The notes under the pieces were generated by a model that worked only from the letters and a program-made list of their open reading frames with translations, ran no database searches and was not told where the DNA came from. DNA of 64,000 bases from an uncultured delta proteobacterium (GTDB taxonomy: Bacteria; Desulfobacterota; Desulfuromonadia; Geobacterales; DSM-12255), in assembly GCA_963787125.1 (NCBI GenBank), contig CAWBBV010000014.1, forward strand, positions 57,794 to 121,793. Direction: 5' to 3'. Numbering within the stretch: the first letter of the stretch is position 1; each line of letters begins with the position of its first letter. Shown piece after piece: positions 9,122-18,648 of this stretch. The translations under genes were made by a program, and so were the position numbers.

Positions 9122-10582
9122 ATGAAATTTTACAACCGTGAAAGAGAACTCTCAAAGCTTGAAGAGATCGTCGTTGAAAGCAATATTAAAGCCAATTTCG
9201 TTGTCTTAAGTGGACGGAGACGCGTAGGAAAAACTACCCTCATCAAGCATTTTGCCGAGAAACGTAATGATGTTTTCTATCTCTTTGTTTCCAAGAAAAA
9301 ACCACACCTCCTGCTAGCCGAATTTACTGACCTTCTTGCCGAACGCATCCCAATATTAAGCTCAGTGGTAATAAAGGATTTTGACTCCTTCTTTAAAATT
9401 ATTTTTGAGGAAATGACAAAGCAGTCACTCTTTATCGTTATTGACGAGTTTCAGAACTTTCAGCAGGTTGATGACAGCCTCTTTTCTGTTTTGCAGAAAC
9501 TATGGGATAGCTATAACGAGAAATGTAAGGGTGCAATAATATGCATCGGGTCAGTACAGACACTGATGCGGGACATTTTTGAAGGCAACAAAGAACCGCT
9601 CTTTGGCAGGGCAACCGCCAAGATACCGCTTAAACCGCTAACAGTCGACGTTATCGGAGAAATTCTTGCTGACAATAGTGTAGATGTTGCCAAAAACCTG
9701 CTTTTTTTCCACTCGGTTTTCGGTGGTATCCCCAAGTATTATGCTCAACTTGACAGATCATCCCTCTTCTGCAAATCTCACAAGGAAATTATCCGGAAAT
9801 TGTTTTGTGAAGTTGACGCTATTCTCCAGAATGAAGGTCGTGAATTGCTGATTGAAGAGTTCGGCAAGAACTACCACCTCTACTTCTCTATTTTGCAGAC
9901 AGTGGCCTGTGGTGCCACGCAAATGTCTCAGATTGCAGATAAAACCGGGATTGGTGTCAATAGTATCAGTAAATACCTGGACGAATTGGTTTCATACTAC
10001 GAAGTACTAGAGCGGAGATCTCCTGCCACAGTATCTAAGGGTGACCACAAAAATGGACGGTATTATATCGCTGATCCATTGCTTAGATTCTGGTTCCGCT
10101 ATATCCATAAGAACCAGAGTCTCGTAGCTATTGGCAAGGACACACTCTTGTCAGAAAAAATATGTGCAGACCTCCCTACTTTCATGGGATTGACCTTTGA
10201 AAAGATGACGAGAGATGTCCTCATTGCGAGAAATGACGGCAATATCGTGCCATTCGTTTTTGAGCAGATTGGAGGATATTGGGATAAAAACGGCAGAGTA
10301 GAAATCGATATAGTTGCCATGGATGACACTAAGGGTCAGATTCTGTTTGGTGAATGCAAACTCAATGGTAATCAATTCTCAGTAAGCGATGTAAATAAGC
10401 TCAAAGAAAAAGCAAGTCAGGTTAAGTGGGGATCAACAGACAGGAAAGAACACTATGCTCTCTTCTCAAATGAGCCACTAAACAGTAAAACCAAAAAAAT
10501 GCTTGCTAAAGAAGGAGTCATTGCCGCCGACATCTCAGAAATCTATCCGGAGGGTAAGCTTGACAGCGCAGAGTTTACATAA
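9122..10582 (+). CDS. AAA+ ATPase with wHTH and C-terminal DUF234/PD-(D/E)xK nuclease-like domain
   Basis: FYNREREL, GRRRVGKT, IVIDEFQ, DPLLRFWFRY, EIDIVA...FGECK. Confidence 0.85.
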   Translation: MKFYNRERELSKLEEIVVESNIKANFVVLSGRRRVGKTTLIKHFAEKRNDVFYLFVSKKKPHLLLAEFTDLLAERIPILSSVVIKDFDSFFKIIFEEMTKQSLFIVIDEFQNFQQVDDSLFSVLQKLWDSYNEKCKGAIICIGSVQTLMRDIFEGNKEPLFGRATAKIPLKPLTVDVIGEILADNSVDVAKNLLFFHSVFGGIPKYYAQLDRSSLFCKSHKEIIRKLFCEVDAILQNEGRELLIEEFGKNYHLYFSILQTVACGATQMSQIADKTGIGVNSISKYLDELVSYYEVLERRSPATVSKGDHKNGRYYIADPLLRFWFRYIHKNQSLVAIGKDTLLSEKICADLPTFMGLTFEKMTRDVLIARNDGNIVPFVFEQIGGYWDKNGRVEIDIVAMDDTKGQILFGECKLNGNQFSVSDVNKLKEKASQVKWGSTDRKEHYALFSNEPLNSKTKKMLAKEGVIAADISEIYPEGKLDSAEFT

Positions 10583-10615
10583 AGAAGACGACAATACAGG
10601 CCCCCTACCCTTCAT

Positions 10616-10650
10616 GAAAAAGGCGACCTCAATAACAGGTCGCCTTTTTC
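10616..10650. terminator. Intrinsic terminator-like hairpin
   Basis: GAAAAAGGCGACCT-N7-AGGTCGCCTTTTTC. Confidence 0.8.
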
Positions 10651-10682
10651 AATTTCTCTCTCTATTCACATCTATTGACATC

Positions 10683-10798
10683 ATTTCCCGTTCGGTAAAT
10701 AAAGCTGCATTCCGAAGCCATCCCTTAAGATATTTCCCGATCAAGATATTTGCCTTGCATTCTGCCGTCATTGGAGCAATAATTCCCGAAAGGGAAAT
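10683..10798. promoter_or_regulatory. Three palindromic operators upstream of hipBA
   Basis: ATTTCCCGTTCGGTAAAT (10683), ATTTCCCGATCAAGATAT (10732), AATTCCCGAAAGGGAAAT (10781). Confidence 0.7.
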
Positions 10799-10802
10799 AT
10801 TT

Positions 10803-11036
10803 ATGATTACAAAAATAGATACGCCAATTTCACTCGGCCAGACTGCACGCGCCGCACGCAAACATCTTGGTTTAACGCAACCACAGCTGGCTCTGGCTTC
10901 TGGTGTCGGGGTGCGTTTCATTGTCGAACTGGAAGCCGGCAAACCGACACTCCGCCTGGAAAACGTTCTCCGTGTGCTTCATGCGCTGGGGGGTAACCTC
11001 TGCGTTGAAGGTCTATTAACTGGCAGAGAGGATTAG
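10803..11036 (+). CDS. hipB: HipB-like HTH antitoxin
   Basis: LGLTQPQLALASGVGVRFIVELEAGKPT; directly upstream of hipA. Confidence 0.85.
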   Translation: MITKIDTPISLGQTARAARKHLGLTQPQLALASGVGVRFIVELEAGKPTLRLENVLRVLHALGGNLCVEGLLTGRED

Positions 11037-11040
11037 TATC

Positions 11041-12300
11041 ATGACTCGTCAACTGGGTGTCTGGCTGTTCGGTACACAAATAGGGATATTGTCACAGATT
11101 GATGGCCGCTTGAGCTTTGCCTATTTGAAAGACTGGCTGAATTCAAGTAATGCGATTCCATTATCACAATCACTATCTCTTCAGGCAGAGGCGTTTGACG
11201 ATCGTGCCACCCGCCCTTTTTTTGCAGGGCTTTTGCCTGAAGGAGACCAGCGTAAGTTAATAGCCCAGGCCCTGCACGTTTCGCGGCAGAACGACTTCGC
11301 TCTCCTCGATGGCATTGGTGGAGAATGCGCTGGTGCCGTTACTTTGTTGGTGCCAGGGCAGATGCCACAAGCACCCGATAATTGCGACATCGTACGGTGG
11401 TTGGATGATGTCGAGCTTTTACGCCTTCTCGATGAAATGCCAAGGCGTCCGATGCTCGCTGGAGAAGAAGGCTTGCGACTGTCTCTGGCGGGTGCACAGG
11501 ATAAACTCCCTGTGGTTGCAGCAGGTAATCGTATCGGGTTACCGCTGTTCAACTCTCCCAGTTCGCATATTCTCAAACCAGCGATTGCCGGAGTGGATGG
11601 GAGCGTCTTTAATGAAGGGTTTTGCCTCGCACTGGCAAATGCTCTGAAGCTTGATACCGTCAAGGCGGAGATTCGCCGCATTAATGGCCGCCAGTATCTG
11701 CTTGTGGAACGTTATGACCGGTATGTAACGGCTGAGGGATGCTTACAGCGATTGCACCAAGAGGACTTTTGCCAGGCACTTGCAGTAGCCCCGGAATACA
11801 AATACCAGAACGAAGGCGGCCCGGGGCTATCGCAGGCTTTTGAGCTGTTGCGCCGGGCGACGAGACCTAGTGCACCTCAGATCTTGAAGTTGCTCGACTA
11901 CGCTATTTTCAATACCTTGGTCGGTAATCACGATGCCCACGGAAAGAATTTTTCATTGCTCTACACAGCACGGGGAATCGTTTTGGCACCATTTTACGAC
12001 GTGCTGTCGACTGCGGTTTACCCTGACCTGACAGACAAGATGGCGATGAAAATAGGCACCAAGTATCGTTTCAGTGAAGTACAGTTGAGGCATTGGGAGC
12101 GTTTTGCCGTCGAAGCAGGTCTATCACCTGCACAGGTTAAAAAACGCATTATTGATGTCGCTCAGCGATTGCCTGCCCTTGCAGCTAAAACAGTCGCACT
12201 TTTTGAGGCAGAAGGGAATAGTCACACCATCCTGACCCAAATCATGACGTTGATTGAACATCGCTGCGCGTTGACTATCCGCTGTCTGACACCGGAGTAA
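11041..12300 (+). CDS. hipA: HipA family toxin kinase
   Basis: SLAGAQDK, RLHQEDFCQ, GNHDAHGKNFS, LAPFYD. Confidence 0.93.
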   Translation: MTRQLGVWLFGTQIGILSQIDGRLSFAYLKDWLNSSNAIPLSQSLSLQAEAFDDRATRPFFAGLLPEGDQRKLIAQALHVSRQNDFALLDGIGGECAGAVTLLVPGQMPQAPDNCDIVRWLDDVELLRLLDEMPRRPMLAGEEGLRLSLAGAQDKLPVVAAGNRIGLPLFNSPSSHILKPAIAGVDGSVFNEGFCLALANALKLDTVKAEIRRINGRQYLLVERYDRYVTAEGCLQRLHQEDFCQALAVAPEYKYQNEGGPGLSQAFELLRRATRPSAPQILKLLDYAIFNTLVGNHDAHGKNFSLLYTARGIVLAPFYDVLSTAVYPDLTDKMAMKIGTKYRFSEVQLRHWERFAVEAGLSPAQVKKRIIDVAQRLPALAAKTVALFEAEGNSHTILTQIMTLIEHRCALTIRCLTPE

Positions 12301-12374
12301 AGAATAATTTTGAAGACCTTCTCTTCCAAGTCCTTAAATCCGTATAATCGTCCTTGGAAATCCGCTGCGTCTGA

Positions 12375-12790
12375 TCAAACCCGCCAGTGATTCTTGCCAC
12401 ATACTGCCACTGCTCTTGGCGGTAGATTACCCGCCATGCTGGCGGACTGCCTACCCGATGATTTTGGAAACAGCTTGAACTGGCTGATGTCATCTGGCAG
12501 GTGGGCAATGATCTGTTCACGGCCTTTGAAGACACTGAGTGCTGGCTGAAAAACAAAGGGTTTGTGGTAGGAAGCTGTTGGTTCAAGTCCATGCACAATG
12601 TTGACCAGGCCATGTTGATTCTTGAGATCTCCAGCTAAACCACGAAGATTCTCAAACCCTTCGTATACTGTTGTCAAAGATCATGTTCTTGCGTAGCGTT
12701 CTGCCGCTTGGTGTTCCAAAGAAAGCATAGTGCTTGTTCTTGGCAACATCAATGCCGACCAGCAGGTATTTTTCCGACCCCCTGACAGTC
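12375..12790 (-). pseudogene. IS110-family transposase remnant (frameshifted, truncated)
   Basis: YLLVGIDVAKNKHYA...FDNS, then a frameshift into YEGFENL...GLEPTASYHKP. Confidence 0.75.
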
Positions 12791-12868
12791 TCACTAAGCC
12801 CTACCACCTCACATATCGCAGGGTCGAAGTCATGTATTTTCAAGACAAATGAGTGAGTCAAAAACAGC

Positions 12869-12921
12869 TGGGCACAATTTGGGCACAATTTGGGCACAGT
12901 ATGGGCACAGTTTGGGCACAG
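12869..12921. repeat. Five tandem 11-bp repeats TGGGCACA(A/G)T(T/A)
   Basis: TGGGCACA at 12869, 12880, 12891, 12902, 12913. Confidence 0.95.
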
Positions 12922-13014
12922 AAGAAAATTCAGTTTAATTCTGAGGCCTATTAAGAAGGAACACTATAAATACATAGACTTTTTAGACATCGCTAATCTG
13001 CTGATATCACGATA

Positions 13015-13044
13015 AAAAAAGGGCCAGATCATCGATCTGGCCCT
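13015..13044 (-). terminator. Terminator downstream of tRNA-Gly
   Basis: AGGGCCAGATC-N3-GATCTGGCCCT followed by a U-tract on the minus strand. Confidence 0.85.
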
Positions 13045-13054
13045 GAATTCTTTT

Positions 13055-13129
13055 TGGAGCGGGAAACGGGATTCGAACCCGCGACTTCGACCTTGGCAAG
13101 GTCGCACTCTACCACTGAGTTATTCCCGC
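13055..13129 (-). tRNA. tRNA-Gly(GCC)
   Basis: GCGGGAATAACTCAGTGGTAGAGTG...TTGCCAA...GGTTCGAATCCC...CCCGCTCCA; TTGACT-N17-TAAAAA promoter at 13172-13144. Confidence 0.97.
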
Positions 13130-13250
13130 TCAATGGAAAGACGTTTTTATCAAATTAATCACCGGCAGTCAATAATAAAATTAACAATAAACCTATTTTT
13201 TCAAAAGCTGTCCGAATATGCAACTACTAAAGACACTGTCACAACAGCAC

Positions 13251-13994
13251 TCAGTGAGGCGCTGCAGTCTTTTTTGCAAATCCCGGGAACATGAGTCTCA
13301 AGGGAGGCACGAAGCGAATGGGGGCATTGAATGTTCGCTGCGGATAGCTCTGTGGCAGTGGAGGCAGAGGTTCTGCCATTTTCACTGAGTTAAGCAGCGC
13401 CTGGTCCTGTTCCCTGCTGCCGGAACTCTCCAGCAGTTCACAACCGATAACCTTACCGTCACGGGAAATCAGCAGGTTAACAGATGCGGGTGAGACAAAC
13501 GCCCCTTTCGCAGCTCCGCCTGTCCACCAGACCTCATTAATCCGCCGCATAAGAGTGAAGTAATAGACTCTGATATCATCCTTGAGGCTTTCACCTTGGG
13601 CAAAGCTGGCAAAATGTCCTGACACCATCCCAAGCCCTATGGCGCTCTCATGAACTGCATCCGGTGACTGCACTGCTTTCTGCAGCGAGTTTTCAATCGC
13701 CTTGTCCAGTTTAGCGGACTCAGGAGCCGGTTCCGGGAGTGGCTCAGGGAGTGGTGGGATCTCAGTCGGCGGCAGCGTTTCGACCAGTTTTTCAGGTATT
13801 TCCGCAGGAGATGCCATGCTTTTCAGATCTACAAACAGTGGTGCTGTTGATGGCAGGGTATAGCGTCCGGGGAGGAGCAGAATAGTTGAGGCAATAATAT
13901 GAATGATGAGGGAAAGCGCGACTGTACAGACAAATATATTGAGAGAGCGCCGTTGTCTCAAGAGCGGAAATGACTGTTCGGTTTGAATGTTCAT
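13251..13994 (-). CDS. TonB/TolA-like C-terminal domain protein
   Basis: N-terminal TM, Pro-rich linker, ESSG..QDQA...AEPLPPLP. Confidence 0.75.
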   Translation of the reverse strand: MNIQTEQSFPLLRQRRSLNIFVCTVALSLIIHIIASTILLLPGRYTLPSTAPLFVDLKSMASPAEIPEKLVETLPPTEIPPLPEPLPEPAPESAKLDKAIENSLQKAVQSPDAVHESAIGLGMVSGHFASFAQGESLKDDIRVYYFTLMRRINEVWWTGGAAKGAFVSPASVNLLISRDGKVIGCELLESSGSREQDQALLNSVKMAEPLPPLPQSYPQRTFNAPIRFVPPLRLMFPGFAKKTAAPH

Positions 13995-15730
13995 TCCATC
14001 TCTGCCAGAATATTTCTATTTTTGAAAGTTCCGTTTTCATCCAATCCGCGGATCCGGTAATATTTCTGCAACTCCTGCAAAAACCTGCCCTTATCAAGCG
14101 GGGGAACATCTATCCCCTCCCCGCTTGAACCTGGCTCACTAAAAAATCTGTCGGGCAGCATGTCACTGGAGGAGTCGAAACCATTCTCACAGTTATAAAA
14201 TCGCTCGGTCAGGTAGATATTTCTACCGATCTCCTTCAAGGATTGTGGAGTGTATTCAACCCCGGTGGCAGCGGTCAACAGTTCGGCATACTCTTCCAGG
14301 GTCGCGCCAAAAAAAGAGAATTTGCAGGCGACCAGAGAGTCGATGGCTGCGTTAGATTCCTCGGCAAGTGCTATAATCCGTGCCTTGCCGTCAAAGGAAA
14401 ATCTGTCTGTGGCCACCGGTTTGCGGAGAATTTCGTGTGAAATCGGGTAGGCCCGCAAATGACAGCCGCCGCGATTACTGGTGCAGTAGGCAAGCGCCAT
14501 GCCGTAGGCCCCTCGAGGGTCGTAAGCCGGCAGTTCTAAACTCTTAACGGACATAGAGAGTTCAGCTTTACCAAGTTGTTCACCATAGCGACGTGACCCC
14601 AGGGCAAGCAGTTCACCTTCCCCTGTTTTGTGGGCTATATCCTGGAGGAGCTGAGTCACTTCCGCCGCAGTCGGAAATCTCCCCCGTACCTCACCATAAG
14701 CGGCGAGAGTCGCAGCTGCCGAGATCGTATCCATGCCGAGCTGATTGCAGAGAGTATTGGCTTTGACGATTGCAACCAGTGAAGAGATACCGTTCAGGGC
14801 GCCGAAGTGGGACACCGACTCATATTCCGGGAGGGGCTCCCCTTCGGGAGTGCTCTTCTTGCACTGAATCGGGCAGCCGTAGCAGCCGTCACTTTTGGCA
14901 GCACAATCGCGGCGGATAGCAACGCCTGAATAGCTGCCCGAGTCTTCAAAGACTGTTTTGCTGAAATTCTCCGTGGGAGCCATTCTTCTTTGCCGCATCA
15001 GATCGACGAGTGCCGGCGTACCGTACTCTGCCAGGCCTAGCTCACCGAAGATAACCGGTGACGCCCGGAAAAGCCGCATAACATCAGCTCTGGCACTGTC
15101 AAAGCGTTGTTGGTCGGCAACTGGCGTCTTGTGCGTGCCGTTGACAACGATCGCTTTGAGCCGCTTCCACCCCATGACTGCACCCAGTCCGCCACGGCCG
15201 ACCGAGTTCCCCTCCCCCATCATGATATTGGCAAAAAGGACGCCATTCTCACCGGCTGGACCAATGGCTGCGACACTGCCGGAGCTGTTCAGCGCATCGA
15301 CTGTCTCTTTGACAGCTTTGCCCCAGAGCTGCTGAGCCGGGACCAGGGCAACTTTTTCATCATTGATAAGAAGAGTGACAGGGGCCTTACTTTGGCCGGT
15401 GATAAAGAGAGCATCCAGACCGGCGGATTTAAGCCGCCAGGCAAACTTCCCTCCGGCAGAGCAGTCATAGATTGTACCGGTAAGGGGAGAGCGGGAGACA
15501 ACCGCCAGACGGGCAGCTGTGGGAGCAGAGGTTCCGCAGAGAGGACCGACAGCAAAGATCAACGGCAGGTCAGGACTATCTGCCGGCAGCTGATAATAAT
15601 CACGCATCAGACGGACGCCCAGGCCCCTGCCACCCAGATAAGCATGGAGGAGCTCCGGCGGAAGTTCATCACGCGTGATAGTGCCGCTTGAGAGGTCAAC
15701 CTTGAGAATTTTTCCGGTCCAGCCGTACAT
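13991..15730 (-). CDS. Aldehyde:ferredoxin oxidoreductase family protein
   Basis: YGWTGKILKVDLS, GRGGLGAVMG.KRLKA, CYGCPIQC, SNRGGCH. Confidence 0.92.
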   Translation of the reverse strand: MYGWTGKILKVDLSSGTITRDELPPELLHAYLGGRGLGVRLMRDYYQLPADSPDLPLIFAVGPLCGTSAPTAARLAVVSRSPLTGTIYDCSAGGKFAWRLKSAGLDALFITGQSKAPVTLLINDEKVALVPAQQLWGKAVKETVDALNSSGSVAAIGPAGENGVLFANIMMGEGNSVGRGGLGAVMGWKRLKAIVVNGTHKTPVADQQRFDSARADVMRLFRASPVIFGELGLAEYGTPALVDLMRQRRMAPTENFSKTVFEDSGSYSGVAIRRDCAAKSDGCYGCPIQCKKSTPEGEPLPEYESVSHFGALNGISSLVAIVKANTLCNQLGMDTISAAATLAAYGEVRGRFPTAAEVTQLLQDIAHKTGEGELLALGSRRYGEQLGKAELSMSVKSLELPAYDPRGAYGMALAYCTSNRGGCHLRAYPISHEILRKPVATDRFSFDGKARIIALAEESNAAIDSLVACKFSFFGATLEEYAELLTAATGVEYTPQSLKEIGRNIYLTERFYNCENGFDSSSDMLPDRFFSEPGSSGEGIDVPPLDKGRFLQELQKYYRIRGLDENGTFKNRNILAEME

Positions 15731-15733
15731 GCG

Positions 15734-16810
15734 CTAGAGATACTCCTTAAGGCCGGACTGCTGGAGGGTCTCGACAACTTTTTTTACATCCTGGGCGCGA
15801 TCCTGACGGCAGACAAGAATTGCATCCGGAGTATCGACTACTATGAGATTATCGACTCCTATCAGAGCTGCCATCTTGCCGCTACCATAAACAAGCGAGT
15901 TGGTTGAATCGATGGAGATCAATCCGGCTGTGGCAATGGCCACATTGCCATCACTATCAGCTTCGATAACTTCCGGCAGAGCGCTCCAGCTGCCCACATC
16001 GCTCCAACCGAAACTGGCAGGGAGAACTTTGACTGAGGCAGCTCGCTCCATGACACCATAGTCTATGGATTCGCCTTTGATCGCCGCGTAGAGGGCATCA
16101 ATCTGCGGCTGCAATGAACAGATATCCCAGGCGCCTTCGGGAAATGAGAGTTTATCGACTGCATTGCTCAGTTCGGGCATCTGCGCTGCAAGTTCAGTCC
16201 GTATCGCAGCAATACTCCAGACAAACATCCCGCTGTTCCAGTAAAAATTGCCCGCTTCAAGAAAAGTGAGCGTCCGTGCAGCATCCGGCTTTTCAACAAA
16301 TCTTTTTACCGTTGCTGCAGCAGACGCAGAATCTGAGTCTGCTGCCTCAATATACCCGTAACCTGTTTCCGGACGTGTCGGTTCGATGCCAAGGGTCACA
16401 AGAGCTCCAGACCTTGACACTTCAACTGCTGCTTTAACAATCCGGCAGAACTCAGCTTCATTTCTGATGTAATGATCGGCAGGAAGAACTACCATTGTCC
16501 CCTGCGGATCATTATAGCCGATAATCTGAGCGGCCAGAGCAATGGCCGGCGCAGTATTTCTGCCAACCGGTTCAGCGACGATGTCAATCGGCACAGAGCT
16601 ATAGCCTGCAACCTGGCGAGCTGTCTCTTCGGCCTGGTGTATATTGGTAACAATCATAATCCGCTTGGGCTGCAAGGGTAAAACCCTTTCCACCGTCCTC
16701 TGCAACATCGACTTGCCGCCGAAAACAGACATGAGCTGTTTCGGTGTTTTTGTCCTGGAAAGCGGCCAGAAACGGGTACCCGACCCCCCGGCCATGATGA
16801 CAACGTACAT
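15734..16810 (-). CDS. manC: Mannose-1-phosphate guanylyltransferase
   Basis: MAGGSGTRFWPLSR, EPVGRNTAPA, FVEKP, WSDVGSW. Confidence 0.92.
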   Translation of the reverse strand: MYVVIMAGGSGTRFWPLSRTKTPKQLMSVFGGKSMLQRTVERVLPLQPKRIMIVTNIHQAEETARQVAGYSSVPIDIVAEPVGRNTAPAIALAAQIIGYNDPQGTMVVLPADHYIRNEAEFCRIVKAAVEVSRSGALVTLGIEPTRPETGYGYIEAADSDSASAAATVKRFVEKPDAARTLTFLEAGNFYWNSGMFVWSIAAIRTELAAQMPELSNAVDKLSFPEGAWDICSLQPQIDALYAAIKGESIDYGVMERAASVKVLPASFGWSDVGSWSALPEVIEADSDGNVAIATAGLISIDSTNSLVYGSGKMAALIGVDNLIVVDTPDAILVCRQDRAQDVKKVVETLQQSGLKEYL

Positions 16811-16819
16811 ATTCGACTC

Positions 16820-18157
16820 CTATTCGCCGCTTATATCTAGTGAACTGAACTTTAGTGAAGGTGAACCTACGGAACTGAAAAACCGGAGATCATCCCCAAC
16901 CAATTCAACATTTTTGAAGAGATCAATAACATTACCGGAGATCGCCACACCTTTGACAGGAATAGTGAGCTGACCGTTTTCGATTAAAAACCCGGTAGCG
17001 CCGACGGAAAAATCGCCGGACACCGGATTGGCGGTATGCATACCGATAACTGAAGTAACAAACATCCCTCTTGAAATGCCGGACAAAAGAGAAGCGCGGG
17101 AGGCATCGCCATTTTCAATAAAGAAATTGCTTATGCCCAGATGGGGCAGTCCTTTGACGCCAGAACGGCAGGAGTTGCCGGTTGAGGTCGCACCCATCCT
17201 GGCCGCATAGCCATAGTCATAAAGAAAGCCTTTCACAACCCCTCTGTCCACCAGGAGAGTATCCTGACAGGCAACCCCCTCACCATCAAAGGGTGCGGTT
17301 GCCATAGCGCCCGCCAACTTGCCGTTATCCCTGATGCAGAGCTGCTCTGCGAAAATGCTCTCGCCCGCCCGCCCCTTCAGGAGCGATTTCCCTTTGAAAA
17401 GATTCTCGGCGCTGAACGAGGGGGCAAGCAGTTCGAGAAAGTCGGCAGCGACACGACCTTCGAAGACGGCCGGGCATTTCATGCCGGGAATCTTGCGGGC
17501 GCCAAGTTGCGCAACAGCTCTGGAAACCGCACCACCGGCAATTTTAGCAATATCTATCGCCGCATAACCTGTGGAGAAACCAAAATCCCACCCCAGCTGA
17601 GAATCACTGTCAAGTTCGGCAACTGCGGCAACGGAACTTGAGACCGAGGTTCCCGAGTAGCCGCCATAAAGCGAGGCTGAGTTTCTGAGATGCACAGAAT
17701 AAATTGACTCGCCGTAGGATGCCTTGCGGACCCGCTTGATACGGTCATCTGCGGCCAATGTTAACCGCTCCAGCTCAAGAGCCCTGGCAACCTTATCAGT
17801 GACGGCAACCCTTGCAACATCCGGGTCGAAAATTTCAGGCATCTCCTGGTAGGCCGAAGCCCGGGGGAGCAGATTAAATTGATCCGGCGTCTGCATCATG
17901 GCGCCGATACAGGCGGATTCAATCATCCGTTCCAGATCGGTGTCAGCAAAGCTTGACGAGTAGGAAAAACCCATCCCCTGCTCTTGCTGAATACGGATAC
18001 TGACCCCTACCGGTTCAGCTGACTTAAAGGTATCTATTTTCCCATCTCTGGCTTCAATGGAAAGAGTACGAGAGTGACCTGTCATGATCTCATAGCCGGT
18101 AAAGCTGCGCTTTTCAAGGAGTCGTTCTACCCTGTCGGCAAGTTCGATAATATTCAC
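16820..18157 (-). CDS. TldD/PmbA family protein (PmbA-like)
   Basis: PFDGEG, NPVSGDFSVG, GSPSL. Confidence 0.88.
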   Translation of the reverse strand: MNIIELADRVERLLEKRSFTGYEIMTGHSRTLSIEARDGKIDTFKSAEPVGVSIRIQQEQGMGFSYSSSFADTDLERMIESACIGAMMQTPDQFNLLPRASAYQEMPEIFDPDVARVAVTDKVARALELERLTLAADDRIKRVRKASYGESIYSVHLRNSASLYGGYSGTSVSSSVAAVAELDSDSQLGWDFGFSTGYAAIDIAKIAGGAVSRAVAQLGARKIPGMKCPAVFEGRVAADFLELLAPSFSAENLFKGKSLLKGRAGESIFAEQLCIRDNGKLAGAMATAPFDGEGVACQDTLLVDRGVVKGFLYDYGYAARMGATSTGNSCRSGVKGLPHLGISNFFIENGDASRASLLSGISRGMFVTSVIGMHTANPVSGDFSVGATGFLIENGQLTIPVKGVAISGNVIDLFKNVELVGDDLRFFSSVGSPSLKFSSLDISGE

Positions 18158-18618
18158 TCTGTCACCTGGGGAAGGTCCATGATCATGGCTATTTCATCGC
18201 AATCAGGGAATTTTACGCACTTGATGCAGTCGCCCCAAACCTTGTGAGGCAGTTGTGATTTATCAACAACTCTGAAACCGAAACGGGCAAAGAAATCAGG
18301 TTTATAGGTAAGACAGAAAAGCCTCTTCAGTCCGAGTTCATTTGCTTCGGCTATGCAGGCATTGACAACTTCTGTCCCGACACCCTTGCGGCCTGTGTCC
18401 TCGGTTACAGCAACGGAGCGTATCTCCGCCAGGTCATCCCAGACAATATGCAGTGCGGCAATGCCGAGAATCCGACCATCATCTTCAACTATATAGAAAT
18501 CCCGAATTGCCTCATAAAGCTCTGACAGGGATCGTGACAGCATATCGCCCCGGTTTGCATAATGCATCAGGAGCTTTTGAATCTCTTTGACATCGTTTAT
18601 CTGCGCTTTACGGAGCAT
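18154..18618 (-). CDS. Short GNAT amino-acid N-acetyltransferase (ArgA-like)
   Basis: LAEIRSVAV, LPHKVWGDCIKC.KFPDCDE. Confidence 0.85.
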   Translation of the reverse strand: MLRKAQINDVKEIQKLLMHYANRGDMLSRSLSELYEAIRDFYIVEDDGRILGIAALHIVWDDLAEIRSVAVTEDTGRKGVGTEVVNACIAEANELGLKRLFCLTYKPDFFARFGFRVVDKSQLPHKVWGDCIKCVKFPDCDEIAMIMDLPQVTE

Positions 18619-18648
18619 CGGTTGAACTCTCCCTGGACTGGAAATTTT

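Noticed and set aside
12300..12860. Functional IS110 / bridge-RNA system
   Set aside because: The transposase is frameshifted and lacks most of its length; element ends were not identifiable
12869..12921. CRISPR array
   Set aside because: Units are 11 bp with no unique spacers, and there are no cas genes in the window
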